Shown here: positions 50,796-63,577 of the stretch, piece by piece
How the letters are laid out: every line of letters starts with the position of its first letter
How positions within the stretch are numbered: the stretch's first letter is position 1
From: Leucoraja erinacea
Lineage: Eukaryota
Length of the DNA: 64,000 nucleotides
NCBI RefSeq assembly: GCF_028641065.1
Contig: NC_073410.1
Coordinates: forward strand, 12,090,001-12,154,000
Direction of reading: 5' to 3'
Made by a program: the position numbers and the translations under genes
Notes under the pieces: generated by a model
What the model was told of the DNA's origin: nothing
The model's input: only the letters and a program-made list of their open reading frames with translations
Database searches by the model: none

Positions 50796-51492
50796 TATCA
50801 TAAGTCAACCAAATAGATACCGACCTGTACCAGCAAACCCAAACATTTAGTTTTACTCGGCGATAAAGAACAGTGCATGAACTGGACTATGTTCGAGAGT
50901 AAACAGGTCGTGTTTATCATGTTATTTAAAAGCAATCATGACAGATATTCAAACCGATGAATAGTTGGGTGTGGCCACTCCGTTTTGTGCTTGAGTAAGT
51001 TTACATCCTACAACACAAGAATCTAAATATGTATCGTGGCAAATAAAGTGAGGTGGGGCCGGTACAGATATTGTGCAAAATTAATTCTCCAAACTGAAAT
51101 AATTATACATTGAATGTCGCTTTATCAACGGCATAACCAATTACTGTTTCTCTAAGTTAACAAAAATCCAAAAAGCAGAAACTTATAACCACAGATGTTC
51201 CATGCGGTATACATTTAATCCATTGCCAAATCAAACCAATTATCCTACAGCTTTGATAACATGGGCATCTTTTTTGCAATTAATGTCTTTTATTAGCCTA
51301 AATAAATTCAAATGGTGCGGATTTTTAATATTTAAGACTGTTTCTCCCGACTACTGTAACACTGTTCCAAGCCTGGGAGAGTAGTTCACCCTCAAATGAA
51401 GTGACTCCAGTTTCTTAAGGAAGGCACCCCCTGGCACCTTCTGATCAGACTGCCGGCGAGCCCATACAATCCCTTCAGTTTTAATTCACACC

Positions 51493-52670
51493 TCAATTGT
51501 GAGATGTCATGTGTCGCGATAGATGGTGGCGCTCTCTAAAAAATTCATTACATATCGGGCATGTCAACTTGTCTTCCCTCCTTCTCTTGTTCAAGAAGTC
51601 AGTTGCGTATTCCTTTTTATGATGCGATCTCATGTGAAACACCAGGTCCGAGGTCATCCGAAAGGATGCGTTGCACTTAGCGCACCAGTTCTGGGCTGAA
51701 ACCCCAAAGGACGTGTAGGACGGTGGAAGGAGAGTCAGCGAGGACGTGGATTGGAGTTGTACGCCGACCGGTTTAGGCCACATGTCAGTGCTGTATAAAC
51801 GTGGGCTGTTGTTTGTAACACTTGCGTGCAGTATGTGAGAATTGCCCAGATCAGTCCTGAGAGACTTGGAGCCCAGCAGATTGGCGGGGCCCGGGAGGTG
51901 ACTAGTGGCGATTGAATCGGATAAATCCCCCGAGCTTTCGGCAGCGGCATGCAGTGCATGAGCAAGAAGCAGAGGCGCCCCTTCCCCGCTTCGTCTGCTC
52001 GGCTGACAGAACGCACTCTTCTGATCCTCTCTGGCACCAGATGGCAAAACCGAAGAGAAGGCGCTCCCAGTGGAGCTGAGCACCAGCTCTGTCCTTGCCT
52101 TCCTGGTCAAATCAGGGGCACGGTCTTTAACATTTCCCTCTGATTTGGCAGCTTCGGCCCTTTCACGCGGTCGACGGACCTCGGTGAATGCGCTTGTTTT
52201 ATGTTCAGACGAATCCCTCTTCAATAGAAACTTGTCCGAATTAAGTTTCCAAACGGAAACTGCGAAAGCCGGGAAAACACTTGGTTCGTCTTTAGAAACG
52301 CCGCTCTGCACGCACACCAGGTTATTTGTTTTCTCCAACAAGACGGTGTTCCTGCTTTTGTTCTCCTCTGGCCCATCCTGTTTCCGCTTGCTGGGGTGTT
52401 TCTCGGAGGAAGGTCGCCCCTCGTCCTGCGACGCTGATTTTTTCTTGGAGTGCTCCAGATCATGGGCTATCCTGTGGAAGTTGGTCACTCTGGTCTTCTC
52501 TCTCACCTCCAAGCTCCTGGGAGTCTCCTTCCAAAGGCTATCGTGACCAAACCCCAGGGCCCGAAAATCTCGCCAGAGATAATCCTTCCTCTTCGCGCAT
52601 AAGAATCGAACATGGGCCAGATATGGATTTTCATACTTCAGTTCCTGATCACAGTCCGCGCATCTGAAGG
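51493..52670 (-). CDS. ZNF488: PRDM8-like/ZNF488 last coding exon: one atypical and two C2H2 zinc fingers; spliced protein about 541 aa
   Basis: ggtag|CC acceptor; FRCADC...YLAHVRFLC; C-terminal QNWCAKCNASFRMTSDLVFHMRSHH...CPICNEFFRERHHLSRHMTSHN*. Convergent with RBP3, as ZNF488 is in mammals. Confidence 0.85.
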
Positions 52671-54249
52671 CTACCGCAAACAATAAAATATAATTAATAT
52701 CTCGTTCTCGCTGCAGCAATATTCATTTACCGGTGACGTAAAACGGTGCATCTATAATTCGCCTTTTAAACCCCACAAACCATGCTAAAGCATTCCATGG
52801 CTAATTTTGAAGTGTGTGGGCATTGTTGTAACGTGAGACTCTGCACAAGACAAATATTCCACTAATAGCAATAGGGAAATGGACAGACTCTGGTACATTT
52901 TGTAATGTTAGCTAATGAATAGACATCACTCCTCCAGGAAGAACACTTTTCTTAAAAAAATATACAATGACCATTTTAGTGTTAATGGTGAGCTCAGATC
53001 CAAAAGCTCATTGAAAACTGCGCTAGATTCTTACTCCTGTGACTGCAGTTTCTTAAGGAAGGCACCCCCTGTGACAAACTCTCGGTCTTAGGGCTGAAAA
53101 GACCAAATGAATTCAATAGAATCTGAGATTTTTTGTTTCTATAGCTATTCTTCAATGTTACTATTCTATCAAAACTGGTGGCATTTGCTGTATGTTCAGT
53201 TGGTAGATTTGAGATCCAAACACTGGGGCTTATTTTTTAGCTATAGCATAACTGAATATTCTATATAATGCACAAAAGGACACACAGTGCTGGAGTAACT
53301 CATCGGGTCTGCATCTCTGGAGAACGTGGATGGGTGACAGTTCGTGTCTGAAGAAGGGTTTCAACCGAAACGTCACCTATCCATGTGACCCATCCTGCAG
53401 AGTTACTCCAGTGCTTTATGTACTTTGTTTTGCTGTTGGCACCTAATTTCAATAGCAATTAAGTTAAAAAAAAACATTACACAGTGGGGATGGTAACACA
53501 GACATTTAAGCGCGGTTTCACTCTGAGCTAAACGGGATGTGTACTAGCTGCCAACCCTTGCGCATTAATAATAAGGATACGGCGCGTTTCAAGTGGAACT
53601 TAAATGATGTTGCAGACACCAGTCTATCCAGGAGCACCGTGTGTGCTGCGAGGTGGGAGAGAGTAGAGTACTTATTATTAAATACATTTAAAATCATTGC
53701 CTCTTCAGGTCATAGAATCATAAGAAGGGTTTCGGCCCGAAACGTTGCCTATTTCCTTCGCTGCTGCACCCGCTGAGTTTCTCCAGCATATCTGTGTACC
53801 ATAAAATAATAGAGCGTGGAAACAGGCCCTTCGTTCTAACTTACCCACGCCGACCAACATGTCCCAACCATCTGCTTTTGCCCCACATCCCTCTAAACCT
53901 ACCCTATTGATGCGCCTGTCCAAATGTTTCGTAAAAGTTGTCATGATTGTACCTGCCTCAACTGCCTCCTGCGGCAGCTCGTCAGACTTTTCGCGAGCGC
54001 CCTCGTGTTTAACAATGTTATCCAAATATACTCATTTATGAATGAGAAGTCTCATTACATAAAACGAATACTAAAGATGAATATATATGAAAACACCTTG
54101 AAATATGGCGAGGTGTTGCCCAATGACGCGGGCAAGAGAACGTCTGTTGGTGACGCGTCTCCTCTAACCTTCCTACTCATGGACTACATCCCAAACGTCA
54201 GGCCATCAAACACTACAGGATATTTTCAAAATAAATCTCAGATGAGGTG

Positions 54250-55305
54250 TGTAGAAAGTAACTGCAGATGCTGATTTAAACCGAAGTTAGACACAACAAG
54301 CTGGAGTAACTCAGCGGGAAGGCAGCATCTCTGGATAGAAGAAATGGGTGGCGTTTCGAGTCGAGACCCTTCTTCAGACTGTGTCTATCCTCTGGGTATC
54401 GATTATGGGCGGTTTAATTTCGCTTTTTCATTTTGTGCATATATTTTTTGACCAATGAGTGCTATATTATGTAGGAAGGAACTGCAGATGCTGGTTTACA
54501 CCGGAGATAGACACAACATGCTGGAGTAACTCAGCGGGGCAGGCAGCGTCTCTGGATAGAAGGAATGGGTGACAAGTTTTCAGACAGCGAGTCAAGGAAA
54601 AGGGAAATGAGAGATATGGGTCAGGTGTGAAAACGAGACATGAAAGGGGTCGAAAATCAGGAAAATGTAGAATAGATCATTGTTTTCGTGGGGAAGTTGA
54701 CAACGAAGCTTACAAAGTATAATTTCGTCAGGAGCACAGTCAGACTGATCGGAAAATTAGGATGGGGGGGGGAGTGGTGGAGAGAGAGGGAAAACAAGGG
54801 TTACTTGAAGTTAGAAAAGTCTATATTCATGAAGGAACTGCAGATGCTGGTTTAAACCAAAGGCAGACACAAAATGCTGGATTAATTTATCGGCAGTATC
54901 TCTGGAGAGACAATAGACAATAAGTGCAGGAGTAGGCCATTTGGCCCTTCGAGCCAGCACCGCCATTCAATGTGATCATGGCTGATTATTCCCAATCAGT
55001 ACCCCGTTCTTGCCTTCTCCCCATATCCCCATATCCCCTGACTCCGCTATTTTTAAGAGCCCTATCTAGCTCGCTCTTGAAAGCATCCAGAGAACATGCC
55101 CTCTGAGCCCTAGAGGCAGAGAATTCCACAGACCCACCACTCTCTGTGAGAAAAAGTGCTTCCTCGTCTCCTTTCTAAATGGCTTACTCCTTATTCTTAA
55201 ACTGTGGCCCCTGGTTCTGGACTCCCCCAATATCGAGAGAAACCCATTCCCTCTCTCCAGAGATGTTGCCTGTCCCGCTGAGTTACTCCAGCATTTTATG
55301 TCTAT
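54250..55305. mobile_element. Cluster of Penelope-derived terminal repeats with a nested CR1 3' fragment (54910-55237, -)
   Basis: Three copies of aactgcagatgctg...gacacaa, a CR1 tail (caatagacaata) and one opposite-orientation copy. Confidence 0.7.
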
Positions 55306-55476
55306 CTGAAGCCAATATTCAAACCACTTTATGTATTATTTTGTGATAAATCAACTTATTTTGGGACTTCTCAGAACTCAAACATGTTTAAGGCAGTGGC
55401 GGTACACTGCGTTGCATTTTCTTTCACTTTTGGCTACTGGTGTCCAAACGTTTAGGGTGGTGTCAAAGTTACTCAC

Positions 55477-55708
55477 TATTCGAGCCAGTGCGGGGTGTGA
55501 TGTCGGTGAAGCCGAGGAGCGTGGACAGCTCCTGGTCGTACCACACGAAGAGTTCCTCATCCCTCCCGATTCTCCGCGTGGAGCGATAGTACAGTTGTCC
55601 GTTCTTCAAGTAAGCCTCCAAGTTTTGTTCCTTGTTATTGCTGGCCGCTTGTACCAGTCGCAACCAAGACAATCCATCCGTCGAGCTATTCAACGCAGTC
55701 GCATCCAC
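55477..55708 (-). CDS. ZNF488: PRDM8-like/ZNF488 second coding exon (rest of PR/SET domain)
   Basis: ggcag|GTG; VDATALNSSTDGLSWLRLVQAA...EQNLEAY...YYRSTRRIGRDEELFVWY; donor A|gtgagt (phase 1). Confidence 0.85.
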
Positions 55709-56078
55709 CTGCCCAGAATATATATTTTTAATTTAACTTGAATAAAGGGTTGGAGTCTGTGAAGACTTCAGATTTTTTACGACGCAAATTTCATGCTGCT
55801 GTGAAATTAATTCAAATTTGATTCTTAATTGTTTCCGACACCTCCAATATGCAATCCAATCTTCAATGGATATCCATTATAATTATTGCTTTTCTTTTTT
55901 AAAAAAATGATTTGATCTTATCAATTTCAAATAAATAATTTAAAAATCTTACTTTTTGGAAGAAATGTTAATTCGTCTAGTTGGGTTGTGGTTTGATGAC
56001 TCTTCACGTGTCGTAATCAATGAGCTCGCAAATGGAAACGTTTAAGACTACTATGGTCGAGGGTGAGAGGGTTCTTAC

Positions 56079-56294
56079 CCGAAAAACGTAGGGCACACTT
56101 CTCCGGTCTGAAGATTTCAAGGCAATGAAAGCGATAGTGTCGTAAAATGTGTTCTGGAGGATGCAGGGGCCGAAGACTGCGTCTTCAGGGACCTCCCGGG
56201 TAATGTGCACACTTGTTAATATGTCAGTGAAGTGGTGATGCAGAAACCTGTTGTCACCTGCCCATAATCCCTTAGAAAACGGGAAATATTCCAT
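56079..56294 (-). CDS. ZNF488: PRDM8-like/ZNF488 first coding exon (N-terminal PR/SET domain)
   Basis: MEYFPFSKGLWAGD...TDILTSVHITREVPEDAVFGPC...IAFIALKSSDRRSVPYVFR; donor CGG|gtaaga. An acceptor (cgcag|) at 56302/56301 implies an upstream non-coding exon. Confidence 0.82.
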
Positions 56295-58158
56295 AATTCA
56301 CCTGCGATGTACAAGATAAAATAGGTTAATTCCTCGGATTTCGCGGTACAAGTGAAATTATCCATTAGAGTTGCTTATGTGGGTGAAAGTTTGGTAACAT
56401 CCATCATGCACTTGTTCGCATCGAACTATTAATTAGAACGAGGATCTAATCCAAAGGCCACATCCATGCGTTTTATTATGCAACTAATTTTACGACAAAT
56501 CAGTACCGTTATTACAATCTGCAAAAGGGCAGGAGGGTACATTTTGTAATCTTGACCCAAAAACAAATTTATACAATCATTCAAGCTATGGCAGGTTAAC
56601 TCCGAGTTTCCCAGAAATATATCAATATCATATTTCCAATCAATAACGCGTGTTGGGTTGCCGCGATTTTTAATGCATCCAGATTTAATTTATTCTCTTC
56701 CCAACTTCCACCAATCGTCACCTCAGAAATGTAACCTTATGTGAATCGTGGCTGCAAAATTACTTTAAAATGTGTTCAAATTGTGGGCTACTGAATTTGA
56801 ACAAAAAAAGGTAATGACATATAAAATTGAATCAAGTCTTGTGCAAATCATCCCGTGTGATTACGATGTATCTAAATATAAAGCAATATTTTAAATAGAG
56901 GCGAAGACTGTAAATTATGTGCACGCTGGTTGAATCTTCTTAAAATTAAAAATATGTTAATTTCAGGAATTGGGATTAGAGAAACGTCAGCGTTTGATTG
57001 TTTCAACGCTACGTTGACAAGGTAAATGCTAAATGCAATTGAAAATACATTATTTAGTCGCGCAAGAATGTTAAGCATCTTGCATCCTGTAAAACAAAAC
57101 GCTCGTTGCATTTATTGCACCACGTTGTACTTCAGATAATGTATGCCTGCGGAAAGAGGGGGCCCAATGCCGAGCAAACATAATAAAGTTATCAATCATT
57201 TTCATTCTTGTTACTGTAATTGCAGACGATATGATTGTACCTAACCTTCCTTGGAATTGCGACTATTACGCTCATCAGGCGAGGCGATGTTGATAATTTG
57301 TGACAATTCTGAGCGACTCTTTTATTATGTGGAACGATTTCTAGATTTTTTTTAATCATCACTATTGTATTGGAGCCGAGACCTAAATTAAATGCGTAAA
57401 CTAATGAACTGAGAGATCGTACTGGATGGATACATCCATAGCATTCGTCAAAGCGAGTGGCATAGTTTAGCGAAGATATAATAGATATATAAAATATAAC
57501 ATAAACCGAAGAGCGTATATCATCCCGAGCGTATAATTATTTTTATCGGGATTGCTACGCCGTCTTGGTCTTCGCTTCAGTCAGAAAGCTAATCGACTGT
57601 GCTGTTAACGTTCTTCACTTCTGACTCCCAACAGTACAACAGTACAAAGCAGGTCTATTCAATTCGGATCGCACCTCTGTTCTCGCTGCTCAGTGTGAAA
57701 AAAAACTTCTCGGCTCTCACTGAGCGTAGTGACACTTGGAAGCATGATACCGTATTTTACTGTTCATTCAACCCTCTCCTTTCCTCCCAGCGTGCCTTTT
57801 ATTTCACAATACCAAGTGACACGCGTGCAAAATCAATTTGACACGAAGATGCAAGCATCAACATAATTGTTTTCAGTATACATCCGAGGATACTTCAGAC
57901 TGTTGGAAGCAATCTAAATATAAATATTTCCCACTCAATAGCCGACGTTTTCAAAGCCAAATTTAGGGATAAGAACTTATTGCTAAGTTATTAGGTTGCT
58001 TTCAGCATTTAAGCCGTGTTGTGGTTGGCACTGTTTGGTGCATCTTCGCCGTGATCTGATTGAAACTGGCAAAGCGACTGGTCTAAATGCTGACAAAAGT
58101 CGAAGCGATCTGGGTGAATGCGTTTCTCTCTCCCTTTCTTTCTACCCCCCCCCCCCCC

Positions 58159-58190
<32 letters not shown>

Positions 58191-60715
58191 TTCTCGTCCA
58201 TTGTGTTTGAGAGGAAAGTCAAGGGATTGTTCATTTGATGCATATCAGCTCAGTGAGACTGATCCCCATTGTCTGTCCATCTGCCTGCCTGTTAGTTCCG
58301 GCCTTTCTTTTCCACCATCACCAGTAATGATCATGTTTAGAATCAACGGCGATCATTAGTTACCGCTCGGATTGTTTGGAATGATTTAAATATAGATATT
58401 TAAAAATATTTGTAAACAGCAGTTGCGTGTTACGAATTGATATTCAAGACAAATGTAGCTCTTAATCTTGGCGGAATAATCGCGATTTAACCATATCAAA
58501 CTCTACATTATTAGAATGGTCGCTGGTCTATTAAATATATTTGATTAAATAAACAAGCCAGCGATTAAAAGAAGCATCTAAACATTTTGATAGTTTGCTA
58601 TCCTCAACATTATTTAGTTTAATCTTAGATTCAACCCTTTAAAACATGACTGTTGATCAGAACGGAAAGGTTCATCAGAATAATTCAGCCATGTACAGTG
58701 ATATAAGATACCTAAAGACAGTAGGAATCCACAGACACAAGCCTACTTTTCATTTACCAATGCCAGTCGATGGTTCTTTGGAATCGATTCTTCAATTTCC
58801 CCTTCAGGTAGAAGCTTCTTTGGTCGCAGCGATTTCTATTGATTCCTGAAAGTGAGAGTGACGCTGGTGAGCGCTGCGTTGAAATGACAGTTTGCTCCGC
58901 TGTAAAAGACACTTTCCTTTGCAAGATCATTTGTTCAGTGAAGCGTGCCAAGCAATCCCTGGGCTCTTCCGCTTGCATGCACCCTCAATTGGCACTTTCA
59001 TTGGTGGTTTATGTGGAGCAACCCTATTAATGAAAGCATGGTAACCAACAATTGCAGTGCATTAAAGCAATATTTGATAGCTTTATGCACAATATTTTCT
59101 GTAATACATGGAATCTGTTTGCATGTCATTTACAACGACTGAATATGATAATATCTATTTGGGTCGCTTAAAGCACCCGATGGAAGGTCAGATGTTAAAT
59201 GCTACATATTTATGGCAAATCCTTGTCTTGAGCTAAATATTATAATGCTCCAAACGATGGTAGCGATTATGAGTCAGGAATAATAACTTTATCTTAGTTG
59301 ATTCATTTGAGGACGAAGAAACGAAGCGCGTAGAGCGTTTTGCTGCACAACGTGCATTAAAAGTAACATTTGAAATTAGTCCGAAATAATCGTGATCCTA
59401 TACAGATTCATATCTTCCGATTTTCTTCGCTTAGTAAAATATGTTTTCTGAACATTTAAGTTATATTATTGTTTTCGACAACTCAATTTTAAATCTATTG
59501 GTCAGTGAAAGATAGAAGTTTTATTTATATCATTGGTTTTAGTGGGTGATCATCGGACAAAGCTGAATTCAATTTTACAACATGCATTTTGAGAAGCGAT
59601 AAACAGCTTAGGAGTCTGATGTGCATTTTTGACAAGTGATGTTGCTGGGATCATTCACGAGCATTTCCTTCTGTACTAATATTTTTTTTTAAATAGCGGA
59701 TTGTTGCATTGACAAAGATTAATACTACCAGATAAAATTTCATTTAATGCTCATCGTAAAATGCTGGGGCTGTTTGACATTCACAAGAATTTTCTATCCA
59801 GGAGATTTAATAAGAACATTCGTTGAACAAGATACAACTCCACGTAACGCACTAATCACCTTGGGAAACACCACCACTTGTTTGAGGGAAACGTTATATT
59901 TTAAAATTGCTTTAAAATTATTTATTGTTCGCACAATTACTACAATTCTCGTCCAAACAAGCTCAGGGCGAATTGAAGTTCCCGAAATCGGTTACATTTC
60001 TCATCGCGTTTATGTGTAATGTAGTAGGCTAATTCTGTCAAAATCGCACAATCTGCCGTGAAGCTGTCGTATCAATTAAAGGGACATTTTTCCTATCAAC
60101 ATTTTATGTAATCGGCACGCCAGAAACTCTCACTTTCAACCTTTCGTGATGATTTACAAAATACAATAGATTATCTTTCAACTCACCTGAAATCAAGATG
60201 TCACAGTGAACATTTTTAATCGACTGTTAAACTATTCACTGCAGGTAATGTCTATCATTCGTTAAAATGTTGCTTAAAGTGATTTTTAATGCAATTGGCC
60301 ATTAGGATAAACTACATTCTTGGTTCTTTCTTTCCACGAATCGATCATTTAATTTTGCATTAAAAACTAATCTGATTGCATTTAATTGGTACATACTCGA
60401 AATAGCTACTCCGCGACAAGCAGCTCTGGTCGACTTTCTACCTCGTTCCATATAATAATCAACTGCGGCATGCTTATGTAAAAAGCTTCCATAATGGCCA
60501 CATATCTTGTCACAATCAAAAATGCCTGCAGTTCAAAGAGCAACGTCACTTTTGAAAGATGTCGTTCCAAATAAAGGCGTGTCAACGCCTGACAGAAAAT
60601 TCCTATGAACATTTTGACATCTGAAATAACCAGCCCTTTTGATTAATGTTTATGGTGTGGTTGTATGGCGATGATGAATATATACTCCGTCTGACCGACA
60701 ATGCAATTCTATAAG

Positions 60716-60980
60716 GTGTGTAGGAAAGAACTGCAGATGCTGGTTTAAATCGAAGGTAGACACAAAATGCTGGAGTAACTCAGCGGGATATGCAGCATCT
60801 CTGGAGAGAAGGAATGTGTGACATTTCGGGTCGAGACCTTTCTTCAGTCTGACGAAGGGAGACACAAAATGCTGGAGTAACTATGTCTGAAGAAGGGTCT
60901 CGACCCGAAACGTCACCCATTCCTTCTCTCCAGAGATGCTACCTGTCCCGCTGAGTTACTCCAACGTGTTGTGTCTAGTC
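60716..60980. mobile_element. Palindromic Penelope-derived insertion with an intact hammerhead-core motif (60887-60914, +)
   Basis: Inverted copies; CTGAAGAAGGGTCTCGACCCGAAACGTC; TSD CAATT(C/G)TATAAG at 60704-60715 and 60981-60992. Confidence 0.75.
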
Positions 60981-62989
60981 CAATTGTATAAGTTGCTTTA
61001 CATTTAAAAGCGAAATGCGGAAAAATGTTCACAATGGCGCATAAAAAATTAACACGTTGGCAACGGCAAAGTAAATCAGATCTTCTATGGGATTGGAATT
61101 TCAATGACTGATCATAAGATGACCGTTACACACACATCGAAGCAACTGAATACTTCTAAACAAAATACTACCAGTTTGAAGTTCAGTCTCTCAATTCACT
61201 AAAATAGACACAAAAAGCTGGAGTAACTAAGCGGTTCAGAGCTGATTTTCAATCTCGTGCGCAAGTGTGAATTTATGTACACATTTCATAACCGCCTTGT
61301 CCTTCAGCAAGATCGCTGATATGATTTTGTTTGTTATTACGACGAATTGGATGCATCTGTAGTGTTTTAACATATTTATAGAATGATCACAAAACACACA
61401 ATTTGCGTTTCAAAGTAAAGATATGCCTAATGTCCATTCTGGCATTATCCTGGATAATATAACTGACAGTTGTTCATTTATATTACGATGTAAATTCTGA
61501 TCAGTTTCTTTTAAATTAAAATGACAGAGTAATTCGCGTTGCAACGTTCTAACTATTCAGGAATCCGTTATGCCTGATAATTTACCAATTTACTTGTGGT
61601 TGAAAATGCTGAAAGTTTGATTTAGGTTATCCCATTTTTGGAAAACAATATCTTGATAATGTTTCAGTTGGAAACCGGGGCAACAGACTGAATGGAACTG
61701 CATTTAATTTACTCAATGCAAAGATGCAGCGATCCTTTAGATTTGGCGTGAGCTATCGCAAACGTTTCAAAAGTAACACGTCATATATGAGTCTGTAGCT
61801 GTAACCCGTTGTTATAATTCTGTTTTGCATGAATTATCGTCAGGTGCCCCGGGAAGGAACTGATCAGATAGCATTTTGAAAATCTACTCGAGTACACAAA
61901 TATAAATTCAGCTTTAAGTCACAGCGGTGTGGGGGGGCGGTATCATCGTGTGGATATACCATGTCTATGTCTTCCAGGCTGATGCAAAGATAACTATCTT
62001 TATTGGGTATAATTGAAAACAACAATACTTTTTCACGAAAACATTTTGTACCACTATCTCCCAAACGCCCTCTTACTAACGAGTATTCTGCATATTTTTG
62101 GAAATATCATAGCGCCTTCACCCTAGCGTCTTGAGGTTAGAAAACCAGCTTCATGATTGATCATGAATTATTATATTCACAACACTGCAATCCAGCCTTA
62201 TGCATTAAAAAACGCGCGTCCTACTCAATTAATGAACGTGAAGATTAAAGATGATAACTCTGTGAAATTAAAAAAATGATGTGATTGATGAAAGACTAAA
62301 GAGGGTTAGGAAAGTGCAAGTTTGCTAAATTGTTACAAATCTCACCGTGATATGAGATGAAAATAAAATATAGGCTAGGAAGAACAATTGATGGGACCTT
62401 ATACACTGAGTGTACGAAATCACACGGCACCGAAGATCATTCGGCCCATTATGACTGTGTTTTCCTGTGACAGACATTCATTTTACTCCATCTCCGCCTT
62501 TCAACATTTTCCGACGCCCAATTACCTATTGAACTCTCTTTGAAAATTATTATCGATCACAGAAAGCTGTCCTGCCCCTTGCATTGACAACGTTTAAGAC
62601 ATCATCTCCACGTTTAAGAAACAGGTACATGGATCGGATGTTTTGAAAAAAGTGGGCCAAACGCAGTCATGTGGGACTTGTTTAGATGGGGCATGTTGGT
62701 CGGAATGGGCAAGTTGGGCCGAGCGGCGCTGCATGACTCTACAGCCAGTGTAGATTATATCAGTTATTTGAATGCCAGTGCAAGGAACGGACGTAGACTG
62801 GACCCAAACTGCAATGGGCAATCCACTAGTTTTACTGCAGCCTTTCGTCAGCAGAAGGGGGTGGTCCCAGGATACAATCCACTGGTTGCTACCGCAGTGA
62901 AGGGGGACGGGTGGGGGAGCTGCAATGCACTGCTTGGCCAGTGCAGGGAATGAACCAACGCGGATCGCAGGCTAAACTGCAACGAGTTA

Positions 62990-63440
62990 GTCATACAACA
63001 TGGAAATAGGCCCTTCGGCCAAACTCGTCTATGCCGACCTAGATACCCCATCTCAGCTAGTCCCATTTGCCTGCGTTTGGCCCATATCCCTCTAAACCTA
63101 TCCTATCCATTTACCAGTTAAATCCTGTTATAGTACCTGCCTCAACGACGTCCTCGGGCAGCACATTCCATATACTCATCACCCTCTGTGTGAAAACGTT
63201 GCCCTTCAGGTTGCTATTAAATCTTTCCTCGCTCACCTTTAACCTCTGTGCCCCTGTTCATGAACCTGCTACTCTGAGTAAAGACTCTGCGTATTCACCC
63301 TATCTATTCCATTCATGATCTTGTACACCTCTATAAGATCACCCCTCAGCTTCCTGCACTCCAAGGCATAAAGTCCGTCTGCCCAACCTCCATCTACAGT
63401 TCAGGCCCTCGAATCTTGGCAACATCCTCGTAAATGGCAA
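62990..63440 (-). mobile_element. CR1 3' fragment
   Basis: catacaacatggaaataggcccttcggcc tail and accctctgtgtgaaaa...ctataagatcacccctcag body. Confidence 0.75.
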
Positions 63441-63577
63441 CACCCTTGTAAAAAAATGTCATGAAAGGAAGGGGAAAATGTTGTCCCCAGTTGAGACGGT
63501 TGAGTTTGCGAGTGGAGGAAGCTGACCGGACTGGTCTCATGCTGGAGAACCTTGACTGCCAGCGCAAGAAATTGAAT

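Noticed and set aside
52671-52719. N-terminal MLQRERDINYILLFAV of the 408-aa ORF as a single-exon ZNF488 start
   Set aside because: It begins at a non-ATG codon in intronic sequence. An in-phase acceptor at 52671/52670 links the exon to the PR-domain exons.
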